The notes under the pieces: generated by a model
The model's database searches: none
What the model saw: the letters and a program-made list of their open reading frames with translations, nothing else
What the model was told of the DNA's origin: nothing
Position numbers and translations under genes: made by a program
Shown here: positions 1 to 8,458 of the stretch, piece after piece
Layout of the letters: each line of letters opens with the position of its first letter
How positions within the stretch are numbered: position 1 is the stretch's first letter
Assembly: GCA_044236545.1 (NCBI GenBank)
Contig: JBIIGI010000003.1
Location: forward strand, 7,709-71,708
Direction: 5' to 3'
DNA: 64,000 nucleotides
Source: Chthoniobacterales bacterium
Lineage (GTDB): Bacteria > Verrucomicrobiota > Verrucomicrobiia > Chthoniobacterales > UBA6821

Positions 1-1
1 G

Positions 2-499
2 CCCGTCCATCTCGTCGACAAGATCGCAAAGATCCGCCGCGTAGGCGCAGGAATGAGTGACCAACTTGGACGCGACGTCACCGATGAGGAGATCGCGGAG
101 GAGGTGGGCATGTCCGCGGTCAAGGTGACCCAACTCAAACAAGCCGCCATCCGGCCGACTTCACTGGATGCACCCGTGGGAGAGGAGGACTCGACCGAGT
201 TCGGGGAACTGGTCGGTGACGAGGCGGCGGTCGACCCATTCGAGCATCTGCGGGACAAGAATCTTCAGGAGGAGGTTGGCGATCTGCTGGGCCAACTTGA
301 CGAGCGGGAGAGGAAGATCATCAGCGCGCGCTTCGGCCTTGATGGTTCCGAGCCGATCACCTTGGAGCAGGTCGGGGAGAAGTTCGGCGTCACCCGGGAA
401 AGGATTCGTCAGGTCCAGAACAACGCACTTGGCAAGATGCGCCGGTCCCTGGCCAAGAGGGAGCGGGTCAACCCCGAGAAACTTGCCCGTGCCGCCTGA
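2..499 (+). CDS. rpoD: RNA polymerase primary-type sigma factor, C-terminal part (5' end lies outside the window)
   Basis: The frame is open from the window edge (PVHLVDKIAKIRR...). Sigma-70 region 3/4 pattern ERERKIISARFGLDGSEPITLEQVGEKFGVTRERIRQVQNNALGKMR. Confidence 0.85.
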   Translation, partial: PVHLVDKIAKIRRVGAGMSDQLGRDVTDEEIAEEVGMSAVKVTQLKQAAIRPTSLDAPVGEEDSTEFGELVGDEAAVDPFEHLRDKNLQEEVGDLLGQLDERERKIISARFGLDGSEPITLEQVGEKFGVTRERIRQVQNNALGKMRRSLAKRERVNPEKLARAA

Positions 500-507
500 C
501 AGCAAAC

Positions 508-605
508 GGTGAAAGGGTGAAAGGGTGAAAAGGTGAAAGGGTTGAATTGGGCTGTTCGCGGAGATGATTCCTCCTTTCGGCCTTTTCACTTTTCAACCTT
601 TTAAC
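508..605. repeat. Tandem GGTGAAAG array (508-548) with an inverted copy (581-605) between convergent genes; possible bidirectional terminator
   Basis: The + strand reads ggtgaaag ggtgaaag ggtgaaaa ggtgaaag ggttgaat. Bases 581-605 (ccttttcacttttcaaccttttaac) are the reverse complement of the same unit. Confidence 0.6.
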
Positions 606-2824
606 TCTCCATCGGTCAACCGATGGAGCAGCCCCCCGTGCCGGTGGCGGGTGGATTCGTTCCGGACCGCCATGCCAAGCGCCTTCTTCTGGCCCACGAG
701 CACGACCATCCGCTTGCCGCGGGTGACTCCCGTGTAGAGAAGGTTCCGCTGCAGCAGGAGATACTGCTGCATGGCGAGCGGAATCACGACGACGGGGAAC
801 TCCGATCCCTGGCTCTTGTGGATCGTGATGGCGTAGGCCAGCTCGAGTTCGTCGAGTTCGCCATACTCGTAGATGACATCACGCTTTCCGAAACGCACCA
901 CGAGCTGCTTCTCCTCCCTGTCCATCGTGCGGATGCGACCGATGTCCCCGTTGAAGACCTCCTTGTCGTAGTTGTTCGAGGTCTGGATCACCTTGTCGCC
1001 GGTGCGGAAGAGGTTCCCGTAGGCCTGATATTCGTCCCGGTATTCGCTGCGTGGATTGAGAGCCGACTGCAGGCGTAGATTCAGTTCCTTGATGCCGAGG
1101 CTTCCCCGGTGCATGGGGCTGAGGATCTGGATTCCATCGACCGGGTCGACCCCGAGATGCTTGGGCAACCGGTCGCGCACCATTGAGACAAGAGTGGCGG
1201 CGCACTCCTCGGCATCCTCACGGTTGACAAAGAGGAAGTCGGAATCCTTCGGCGCCTCGATGATGTCGGGGATCTCGCCGCGGTTGATCGAGTGCGCTCC
1301 GCTGATGATCCTACTGTCGCCCGCCTGTCGGAAGATTTCGCGCAGATGGACGACCGGGATCATCCCGCTCCGGATGATGTCGCCCAGGACAAGCCCCGGG
1401 CCGACGCTCGGGAGTTGGTCGGCATCGCCGACGAGGATCAGGCGTGCCTTCCCGGGAAGGGCGTCGAGAAGGCGGCTCATGAGCGGCACGTCGACCATCG
1501 AGACCTCGTCAACCACCACGACATCGCCCTCGAGGGGATTGGAGGCATTCCTCTGGAAGCCCCCCCGGGCGGGCTGAAACTCCAGCAGTCGGTGCAGCGT
1601 GGAGGCCTCCAGGCCTGTCGCCTCGGCCAGGCGCTGGGCCGCACGGCCCGTGGGAGCCGCGAGAAGGCACTTGAGCTTCTTGGCAGTGAGGATTTTCAGG
1701 AGGGACTGGACCAGCGTGGTCTTCCCGACACCAGGACCTCCCGTGATGACGACCGCCCGGCTTCGCAGCGCTATCCTGAGGGCATCGTGCTGGCTGGGGG
1801 AGAGTTTGCGGCCGGTCTTTTCCTCGACCCAGGGGATCGCCTTCTCCGTGTCGATGGGAGGATCGGGTTCCTTGGCTTTCGAGAGTCTGAGAAGTTGGCG
1901 GGCAATCCGCTCTTCGGCATCGCGGAGGTTGGGAAGAAAGATCAGGTCCTCTCCGGCGATCTTCTCGGAGAGGATCCGCGCATCCTTGAGATGGCGCTCG
2001 AAGGCTTCGGCCACAACCGATTCATCGACCTCAAGGAGACGGGAAGCCCCTTCCAGCAGATCGCGGCGAGGCACGGCGCAGTGCCCCTCCGTCGTGGCCT
2101 GATCCAGGAGATGTTCGATGGCGGCGCGTGCCCGGAGCAGGGAGTCGGCCTCCAGTCCGAGCTTCTCGGCCACGCTATCGGCGGAGTGGAACCCGATGCC
2201 GTGGATGTCGCGGGCAAGCCGGTAGGGATCCGCGCGGATGAGTTCGATCGCCTCGGCACCGTAGGACTTGTAGATGCGCACGGCGCGGTTGGTTCCGAGG
2301 CCGTGGGCATGGAGGAAGAGCATGATGTCGCGCACCACTTTCTGCTCGGCCCAGGCATCCTTGATCCTCTGCCTGCGCTCGCGACCGATGCCCTCGACTT
2401 CCTGGAGACGCTTCGACTGGTTCTCGATGATGTCGAAGACCTTCTCCCCGAACTTCTTCACCAGCTTTGTCGCGTAGACGGGGCCGATCCCCTTGATCAT
2501 CCCGCTTCCGAGATACTTCTCGATGCCCTCGAGGGAAGTCGGTGGCTGGGTCTTGAGCCTGTGCGCCTTGAGTTGGATCCCGTGATCGCGGTCCCGTTCC
2601 CAGCTCCCCTGGGCGGTCACCCACTCGCCCGGTGCCACGGAGGGAAGACTGCCGAGGACGGCGACCGGTTCCTTCCGGCCCTGCACCTTCACCTTGAGGA
2701 TGCAGAATCCGGTCTCCTCGTTATGGAAGGTGACACGCTCCACCTGCCCGCTGAGGGCGTCATCGGGCCCGCCGGGAACCGGCTCATTGTCCGGCTTTTT
2801 TCGGAAAGGTCGGCGCGGAGGCAT
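593..2824 (-). CDS. recD2: RecD2-type (RecD/TraA family) SF1B DNA helicase
   Basis: 743 aa. Walker A GGPGVGKTT, Walker B VVVVDEVSMVD, C-terminal AYAITIHKSQGSEF motif, N-terminal OB/HhH-like region. Confidence 0.85.
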   Translation of the reverse strand: MPPRRPFRKKPDNEPVPGGPDDALSGQVERVTFHNEETGFCILKVKVQGRKEPVAVLGSLPSVAPGEWVTAQGSWERDRDHGIQLKAHRLKTQPPTSLEGIEKYLGSGMIKGIGPVYATKLVKKFGEKVFDIIENQSKRLQEVEGIGRERRQRIKDAWAEQKVVRDIMLFLHAHGLGTNRAVRIYKSYGAEAIELIRADPYRLARDIHGIGFHSADSVAEKLGLEADSLLRARAAIEHLLDQATTEGHCAVPRRDLLEGASRLLEVDESVVAEAFERHLKDARILSEKIAGEDLIFLPNLRDAEERIARQLLRLSKAKEPDPPIDTEKAIPWVEEKTGRKLSPSQHDALRIALRSRAVVITGGPGVGKTTLVQSLLKILTAKKLKCLLAAPTGRAAQRLAEATGLEASTLHRLLEFQPARGGFQRNASNPLEGDVVVVDEVSMVDVPLMSRLLDALPGKARLILVGDADQLPSVGPGLVLGDIIRSGMIPVVHLREIFRQAGDSRIISGAHSINRGEIPDIIEAPKDSDFLFVNREDAEECAATLVSMVRDRLPKHLGVDPVDGIQILSPMHRGSLGIKELNLRLQSALNPRSEYRDEYQAYGNLFRTGDKVIQTSNNYDKEVFNGDIGRIRTMDREEKQLVVRFGKRDVIYEYGELDELELAYAITIHKSQGSEFPVVVIPLAMQQYLLLQRNLLYTGVTRGKRMVVLVGQKKALGMAVRNESTRHRHGGLLHRLTDGELKG

Positions 2825-2862
2825 GGTTGATCATGCCACGGGAATCCCTTGACGCCAATGCA

Positions 2863-3405
2863 TCACTCTCCGGCGATCATGGCCAGAACCCGTTCTGCCT
2901 GCTTGAGGTGGAGACTGAGGTGGAATCCGAACATGCAGTGCCACTTGTGGGCATCAAAGGGGCCGAAGATCGGATGGGGGCGCTGGGCGGTTCCGCGCAG
3001 GGAGGGCAACGAGGATAGCATGGACAGATAATCGTCAACCGATTGCCGGAAATAACCAATCTGCTCGGATCCTGATACTCCAATGGGAAGAACATCGGTC
3101 TTGGGATTGATGAGCGCGGCGCCCGCCGGCTCCTTTCCCAGGGTCAGGGCCTCCACCATGGCGGCGATGCTTCGGTTCACGATCACGTTGTGTTCCAGAA
3201 TCTGAAAGAACGACCACCCGCGCATTTCTGGATCCACGCCGATCATGGGATGCACGGTCACTTGTTCCATTCCCTCGCCGGCACCGAAGCGATCCGCCAA
3301 CCTCAGGTAGGCATCGGCATTACTCCGGATCATCCCTGAGGCCTTATTACGGGAGGTCAGCAGAAACTTGGTGCGAATGATCGCCTTGATCGCGGGATTG
3401 CTCAT
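2863..3405 (-). CDS. Hypothetical protein, DinB/DUF1569-like four-helix-bundle family (tentative)
   Basis: 180 aa ORF with host-like composition. C-terminal pattern HPIFGPFDAHKWHCMFGFHLSLHLKQ resembles DinB-superfamily His motifs. Confidence 0.45.
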   Translation of the reverse strand: MSNPAIKAIIRTKFLLTSRNKASGMIRSNADAYLRLADRFGAGEGMEQVTVHPMIGVDPEMRGWSFFQILEHNVIVNRSIAAMVEALTLGKEPAGAALINPKTDVLPIGVSGSEQIGYFRQSVDDYLSMLSSLPSLRGTAQRPHPIFGPFDAHKWHCMFGFHLSLHLKQAERVLAMIAGE

Positions 3406-3749
3406 CGGAATGAATTAACCAAAAATTTGCATTAGGAACCGGAAAACCCATTATAAAGGGGTTAAAATGGTTAGAAACGTTACAATGTTACAAGGTGGAT
3501 CAGGAAACCCCTGAACCTGAATTCGAGAAGGTGCCTTCAAGAAGTTTGCTGATCATGGCAAGGCTGGGAGAGAGGATTGAGTGTCTGCTGTCAGCCCTTT
3601 GTAACGTTTCAACGCTTCAACGTTTTTAACTCCCTGAGTTACTGAGGCCCCACCATCCGGGTAAACCATCCAGACCTGTCGCCGCTACCCTATCGGATCA
3701 TCTAGGATTAAGATGGAACTCAGGAACTCAAGAAGAGACAAATACACCC

Positions 3750-4490
3750 ATGACCCTGCAGGAAGCCTCCCATTTTGATCTGCCCACCCCGACCGGTCCG
3801 ATGCGCGTGCACCGCTTCCTGCCGCAGGAGGGGAGTTGGCCAACCGTGATCCTCTACTCTGAGATCTACCAGATGACCGGGCCGATTCAGCGACTTGCGG
3901 CGAGGCTTGCCTGCGAGGGATTTGAGGTGCTCGTCCCCGAAGTCTACCACGAGTATGAGGCGCCGGGCACCGTGCTGGCCTATGACAAGGAGGGGACGGA
4001 TCGCGGAAACTTTCTCAAGTTCGAGAAATCGGTCGAGGGCTTTGATTCCGATGCCAAGGCTTTGATTGATTCCGTTAACGCGCGACCTGGGTATCGCTGG
4101 AAGGGAGTTGGAACGATCGGCTTCTGCCTCGGGGGACATCTCGCCTTCCGTGCGGCTTTGGATCCGAGAGTCACCGCCTCGGCTTGCTGGTATCCCACGG
4201 ACATTCACTCTGCCACCCTCGGCAAGGGAAAAAGCGACGACACGCTGGCACGGAGCGGAGAAATCGCTGCTGAGTTGCTCCTGATCTGGGGCCGGCAGGA
4301 TCCCCATGTCCCCGCCGAGGGGCGTCGAAAGATCTACGATCACCTCACCGAGGCCGGGAGAAACTTCACCTGGCACGAGTTCAACGCTGCCCACGCCTTC
4401 GCCCGTGATGAAGGGATTCGCTATGATGAGGCGGCGACGCGACTTGGGTGGGTGTTAACTCTCGAACTCTTTAAGCGGAAGTTGGTTTAG
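3750..4490 (+). CDS. Dienelactone hydrolase family protein
   Basis: 246 aa. Alpha/beta-hydrolase layout with nucleophile-elbow-like GFCLGGHLA and a C-terminal His (FNAAHAF), typical of the DLH family. Confidence 0.8.
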   Translation: MTLQEASHFDLPTPTGPMRVHRFLPQEGSWPTVILYSEIYQMTGPIQRLAARLACEGFEVLVPEVYHEYEAPGTVLAYDKEGTDRGNFLKFEKSVEGFDSDAKALIDSVNARPGYRWKGVGTIGFCLGGHLAFRAALDPRVTASACWYPTDIHSATLGKGKSDDTLARSGEIAAELLLIWGRQDPHVPAEGRRKIYDHLTEAGRNFTWHEFNAAHAFARDEGIRYDEAATRLGWVLTLELFKRKLV

Positions 4491-4679
4491 GCTCGGGATA
4501 TCGGCGGATAGCGTCGTTGGTCTGCGCCCGCATTGTGATTCACACAGCTTTTCTTTCCCGCCTAGCTCTCCATCCGATCTTTTGAGCCTTGGGGCATTAG
4601 TTAATAACTATTAACTTCGGCAGGGTCTGGTTCCTTGGTCTTTTCCTGACTTCCTGAGTTCCTGATTAAATCTGCATCA

Positions 4680-5777
4680 TCAGTCTCTCCTTATCCTCCC
4701 CGAGATCATCACATCAGGGCCGATTTTTTTGTAGGTAGCATTAGTGAGGCGGAGGGCTTCCTCATAGCAGTCAACCCCCTTGCCGCCGATGGCGGGAACT
4801 TTTCCACCTTGTATCACCGGTGCGATGAAGAAGCGGACTTCATCGACCAAGTTGCACTTGAAGGCTTCTCCGAGTGTCTGCCCTCCCCCCTCGATCAGGA
4901 CGCTCGAGATACCCCGCTTCGCTAGTTCCTGCAGAACCTTCCGCAGAGTCATGCCTGTAAAACGCAGGGTGCGGTCGCGGTGGGTGTCGGTGAGGAGTTG
5001 GGATTTCTTGGGGATTTTTCCGCTACGTGACCAGACGATGCGCCAGGGTTGCGGATGCCCCTTTGCTAGTTTGATGCCACGGATTGTGAGAGCGGGATCA
5101 TCAGCACGGACGGTGCCACCTCCGACAAGGATCGCCTCGACTGAGGCCCGGAGGCGCATCGCTTCCCTCCGACTGGCGGTGGAGGTGATCCATCGTCGCT
5201 GGGGAGGGGAGTCGATCCGACCATCGAGCGACATCCCCGCCTTGGCGATGACCCAGGGGAGCCCCGTGGATGCACGGTGGTTCCAATGGGAGTTCAACGC
5301 TGCACATTCCCTTGAGAGGATGCCCTCGGTCACTTCGATGCCGGCCTTGCGGAGAATCTTTGCCGCCCGTCCCCGGTGTCGTTTGTCGGGATCGGTAGCG
5401 CCGTAGACGACCCGTGAGATCCCCGCTGCGATGATGGCCTCGGTGCAAGGTGGGGTCTTCCCGTGTGAGGAGCAGGGCTCCAGAGTGACGTAGAGGGTGG
5501 CGCCTGCGGCTCGGAGTTGGGAGATGGGAGATGGGAGTTTGGGATGGCTCCTATCTCCGATCTTACATCTTCTATCTTCCAGTTTTCGGATGGCCTCGAT
5601 CTCGGCGTGGGGGAGGCCTGCGGCGCTGTGGTAGCCCTTGGCGATGATCTTGCCTCCCTTCACGATCACGGCCCCGACAGCCGGATTGGGGGCTGTCCGT
5701 TGAAGCGCACGCGAAGCTTCCGTAATCGCCAAACGCATGAAACGTTCCTCGGATTTGGAATTGGGCCTCGATTTCAT
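4680..5777 (-). CDS. ribD: Bifunctional riboflavin biosynthesis protein RibD (pyrimidine deaminase / uracil reductase)
   Basis: Deaminase zinc motifs HAE and LEPCSSHGKTPPC, followed by a RibD_C reductase domain. Contains an unusual ~20-codon insertion (see findings). Confidence 0.9.
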   Translation of the reverse strand: MKSRPNSKSEERFMRLAITEASRALQRTAPNPAVGAVIVKGGKIIAKGYHSAAGLPHAEIEAIRKLEDRRCKIGDRSHPKLPSPISQLRAAGATLYVTLEPCSSHGKTPPCTEAIIAAGISRVVYGATDPDKRHRGRAAKILRKAGIEVTEGILSRECAALNSHWNHRASTGLPWVIAKAGMSLDGRIDSPPQRRWITSTASRREAMRLRASVEAILVGGGTVRADDPALTIRGIKLAKGHPQPWRIVWSRSGKIPKKSQLLTDTHRDRTLRFTGMTLRKVLQELAKRGISSVLIEGGGQTLGEAFKCNLVDEVRFFIAPVIQGGKVPAIGGKGVDCYEEALRLTNATYKKIGPDVMISGRIRRD

Positions 5778-5822
5778 CCTTTTTGTTTTGCTCCTCTTTG
5801 CCTGATGCGTCGAGGCTAGGGA

Positions 5823-6953
5823 ATGTCCATTTCAGAAAACAGCACTGACACGTCCCCGGCTCCGAAAATCAGACCCGGGCAGGAGGTCTCCCTCGAGATC
5901 AATGATATCGGTTTTGGAGGGAAGGGCGTTGGCCGCATCGGCGGGATCGCCTGCTTTGTCCCCGGCGTGATCGATGGGGAGAAGGTCGGCGCGCGTATCC
6001 GCAAGGTGAAGTCGCGTTTACTGGAGGCTGATCTACTGGAGGTGACCGAGCCCTCGCCGCACCGGATTCCCGCCCCGTGTCCTGTTTTCCTGAAATGCGG
6101 TGGTTGCGCCTACCAGCATATCGACTATTCTCATCAGCTCCGCATCAAGGAGACGCAGCTTCGCGAGGCGCTTCGGAGGCTGGGAGGTCTTACCGATCCC
6201 CCCGTGGCCGCGATGATTCCGTCGCCGGAGCCTTATAGTTACCGCAACCGGATCACCGTCCATGTCCGTGAGGGGAAGGCCGGGTTCTTCGAGCAGGGCT
6301 CGAACCGCGTCGTTCCGGTGATCAAATGCCTGATCGCCTCCGGCGAGGTCGATCTCGGATTTCAGGATCTGCTCAAGTCCCGTCCGAGGGACGGGGACTA
6401 CCTGATCGGCGAGAAGAAGCGCTTCGGCGGCTTCCGTCAGGTCAACAACGCCGTGGCTGAGATCCTCAAGAAGACGGTCCGCGAGGCTGTCAGGCCCTCC
6501 GACGAGTCCAGCCCGATCCGTGAACTGCTGGTTGATGCCTATTGCGGTGCGGGTTTCTTCGCCCACGAGCTTCAGGGGCTCTTCACCAAGGTGATCGGGA
6601 TCGAGCGATCGATTGCCTCGGTGGCGATGGCGAGCCGTCAGGCGGCGGAGAATGAGGAGTATCTCGCCGGCGACGTGGAGCAGATGCTTCATGCGGCCCT
6701 CTCGGCCGGATCATCCGCAGGCACCGTGCTCCTGCTCGATCCTCCCTCGGAGGGATTGGCGGAGCTTGCCACGCAGACGATCCTGGAGCGCCCCCCCGCG
6801 AGAATCGTCTATGTCTCGTGCAATCCGGCAACGCTTGCCCGTGATGCCAAGCGCCTTGCGGAGCGCTACAGGCTCCTTCAGGTGACACCGCTCGATATGT
6901 TCCCGCAGACGGCCGAGATTGAGTCGGTTTCCGTTTTTCAACTCATTCCATGA
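5823..6953 (+). CDS. RNA (uracil-5)-methyltransferase, RumA/TrmA family
   Basis: N-terminal TRAM-like region, Cys cluster CPVFLKCGGCAYQH, SAM-MTase motifs LLLDPPSEG and VYVSCNPATLARD. Confidence 0.8.
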   Translation: MSISENSTDTSPAPKIRPGQEVSLEINDIGFGGKGVGRIGGIACFVPGVIDGEKVGARIRKVKSRLLEADLLEVTEPSPHRIPAPCPVFLKCGGCAYQHIDYSHQLRIKETQLREALRRLGGLTDPPVAAMIPSPEPYSYRNRITVHVREGKAGFFEQGSNRVVPVIKCLIASGEVDLGFQDLLKSRPRDGDYLIGEKKRFGGFRQVNNAVAEILKKTVREAVRPSDESSPIRELLVDAYCGAGFFAHELQGLFTKVIGIERSIASVAMASRQAAENEEYLAGDVEQMLHAALSAGSSAGTVLLLDPPSEGLAELATQTILERPPARIVYVSCNPATLARDAKRLAERYRLLQVTPLDMFPQTAEIESVSVFQLIP

Positions 6954-8134
6954 TCACGCGACGCTTCGGCCGGACCGGTCTCGAGATGCCCGTCCTCTCC
7001 TGCGGGGGGATGCGCTACCAGCACAGTTGGAACGACAAGGATGCCGGCGGGATCACGCCCGAGGGACAGGCCAACCTCGAGGAGTGCATCCGCAAGGCGC
7101 TCGCCTCCGGCATCAACCACATCGAGACCGCCCGTGGCTACGGCACCTCGGAGGTCCAGTTGGGAAAAATCCTTCCCCGTCTTCCTCGCGGGGAAATGAT
7201 CATCCAGACCAAGGTCGCCCCGTCCTCCGCCACGGACTTCCGCGCGACCTTCGATCAGTCGATGAGCAACCTGCAGTTGGGACATGTCGACCTTCTCTCC
7301 ATCCACGGGATCAACAACCGGGAGTGCTGGGAGGAGACGATCCGTCCCGGCGGGGCGCTCGAGGCGGCGCGGCAGATCATCCATGAGGGGAGGGCCACCT
7401 TCCTCGGTTTCTCGACGCACGCCCCGTGCGATCTCATCGAGGAGATCGTGGAGAGCGATGCCTTCGACTATGTGAACCTCCATTGGTATTTCATGAACCG
7501 CACTAACTGGTGCGCCGTCGAGGCGGCCACCAGGCATGACATGGGGGTCTTCATCATCAGCCCCACGGAGAAGGGGGGATGCATGCACCAACCCTCTGAA
7601 AAACTCTCCGGGCTCTGCTCTCCCTATTCGCCGATGGTCTTCAACGACCTCTACTGCCTCATGCATCCCGAGGTGCACACGCTGAGCATCGGAGCGGCGA
7701 GACCTTCGGATTTCGACGAGCATCTGAAGATCCTTCCCCTCATGGAACACAAGGATACCTGGGATCGGGTCCGCGAAACGGCGATGCGCCTCGAGGAGGA
7801 GTTTCAGCATACCAATGGATTTCCCATGCCCGCGCGCTGGGATCGGGATCTGCCACCCTTCGGGGAGGTGCCGGGCGGGATCAATCTGCAGGAGATCGTA
7901 AAACTCCGGGCGCTCGACCGGGCCTTCGACATGCAGGCATACGGGAAGCTCCGTTACAACCTGCTTGGGAACGGAGGGCATTGGTTCCCCGGCATCAATG
8001 CCGCGGAGTTCGACGAGGCCGCGATCGGAGAGATTGGCAGGAAGGCCGGATACCCCTCGTTGGTAAACTTCCTGCACGAAGCCCATGACCGCTTCGGCGA
8101 TGCGCCCCGGAAGCGTCTCCAGCAGAATGACTGA
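6950..8134 (+). CDS. Aldo/keto reductase family oxidoreductase
   Basis: 394 aa. N-terminal RRFGRTGLEMPVLSCGGM and INHIETARGYGTSE are typical AKR signatures. ATGA overlap with the upstream gene. Confidence 0.8.
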   Translation: MITRRFGRTGLEMPVLSCGGMRYQHSWNDKDAGGITPEGQANLEECIRKALASGINHIETARGYGTSEVQLGKILPRLPRGEMIIQTKVAPSSATDFRATFDQSMSNLQLGHVDLLSIHGINNRECWEETIRPGGALEAARQIIHEGRATFLGFSTHAPCDLIEEIVESDAFDYVNLHWYFMNRTNWCAVEAATRHDMGVFIISPTEKGGCMHQPSEKLSGLCSPYSPMVFNDLYCLMHPEVHTLSIGAARPSDFDEHLKILPLMEHKDTWDRVRETAMRLEEEFQHTNGFPMPARWDRDLPPFGEVPGGINLQEIVKLRALDRAFDMQAYGKLRYNLLGNGGHWFPGINAAEFDEAAIGEIGRKAGYPSLVNFLHEAHDRFGDAPRKRLQQND

Positions 8135-8458
8135 AGATGATTAATATGGAACTCAGGAAGGCAGGAAAAATTAGTCTGTCATTAAGACTAGGATATCAAC
8201 TGATGAATACCCATCGCAGGCTCTGCCCGCCGTGCGCATGGAGGCTTTGTCCATCGACTTTTTGCATGTGACTGAAGCGCGTCGGCACCACGCGGATTTG
8301 TGACGAACTTGTTACAATCGGGAATATGACATTTTTAGGGGGCAAGGGCATCCTCGCCGCAGTTCAGAAAACCAAACCCCGAACCGATCATCCGCAAAGC
8401 CTGATTTTATAAGCATCCGCATCCCACCAAAAGCGATTTTCTATCAGAATCCCCTGTT

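Noticed and set aside
1292-2830. 512-aa + strand ORF, with similar long ORFs at 11156-13123(-), 13262-14101(-), 16611-17552(-), 18035-19375(-), 31038-32384(+), 32909-34408(+), 34311-35228(+), 49580-50593(-), 51266-53104(-), 59433-60875(+), 60980-61912(-), 61909-62655(-) and 62830-63930(-)
   Set aside because: Each lies antisense to, or out of frame with, a confidently recognised gene (recD2, uvrA, aminotransferase, ileS, argA, hydrolase/purM, purF, metH, ftsH, DUF2334, PHP-GT4). Their Arg/Gly/Pro/Ala-rich low-complexity translations are typical of stop-poor shadow frames in GC-rich DNA.
5778-5822. FMN riboswitch upstream of ribD
   Set aside because: The gap to the divergent methyltransferase gene is only 45 bp, too short for an FMN element, and no conserved FMN motif is visible.
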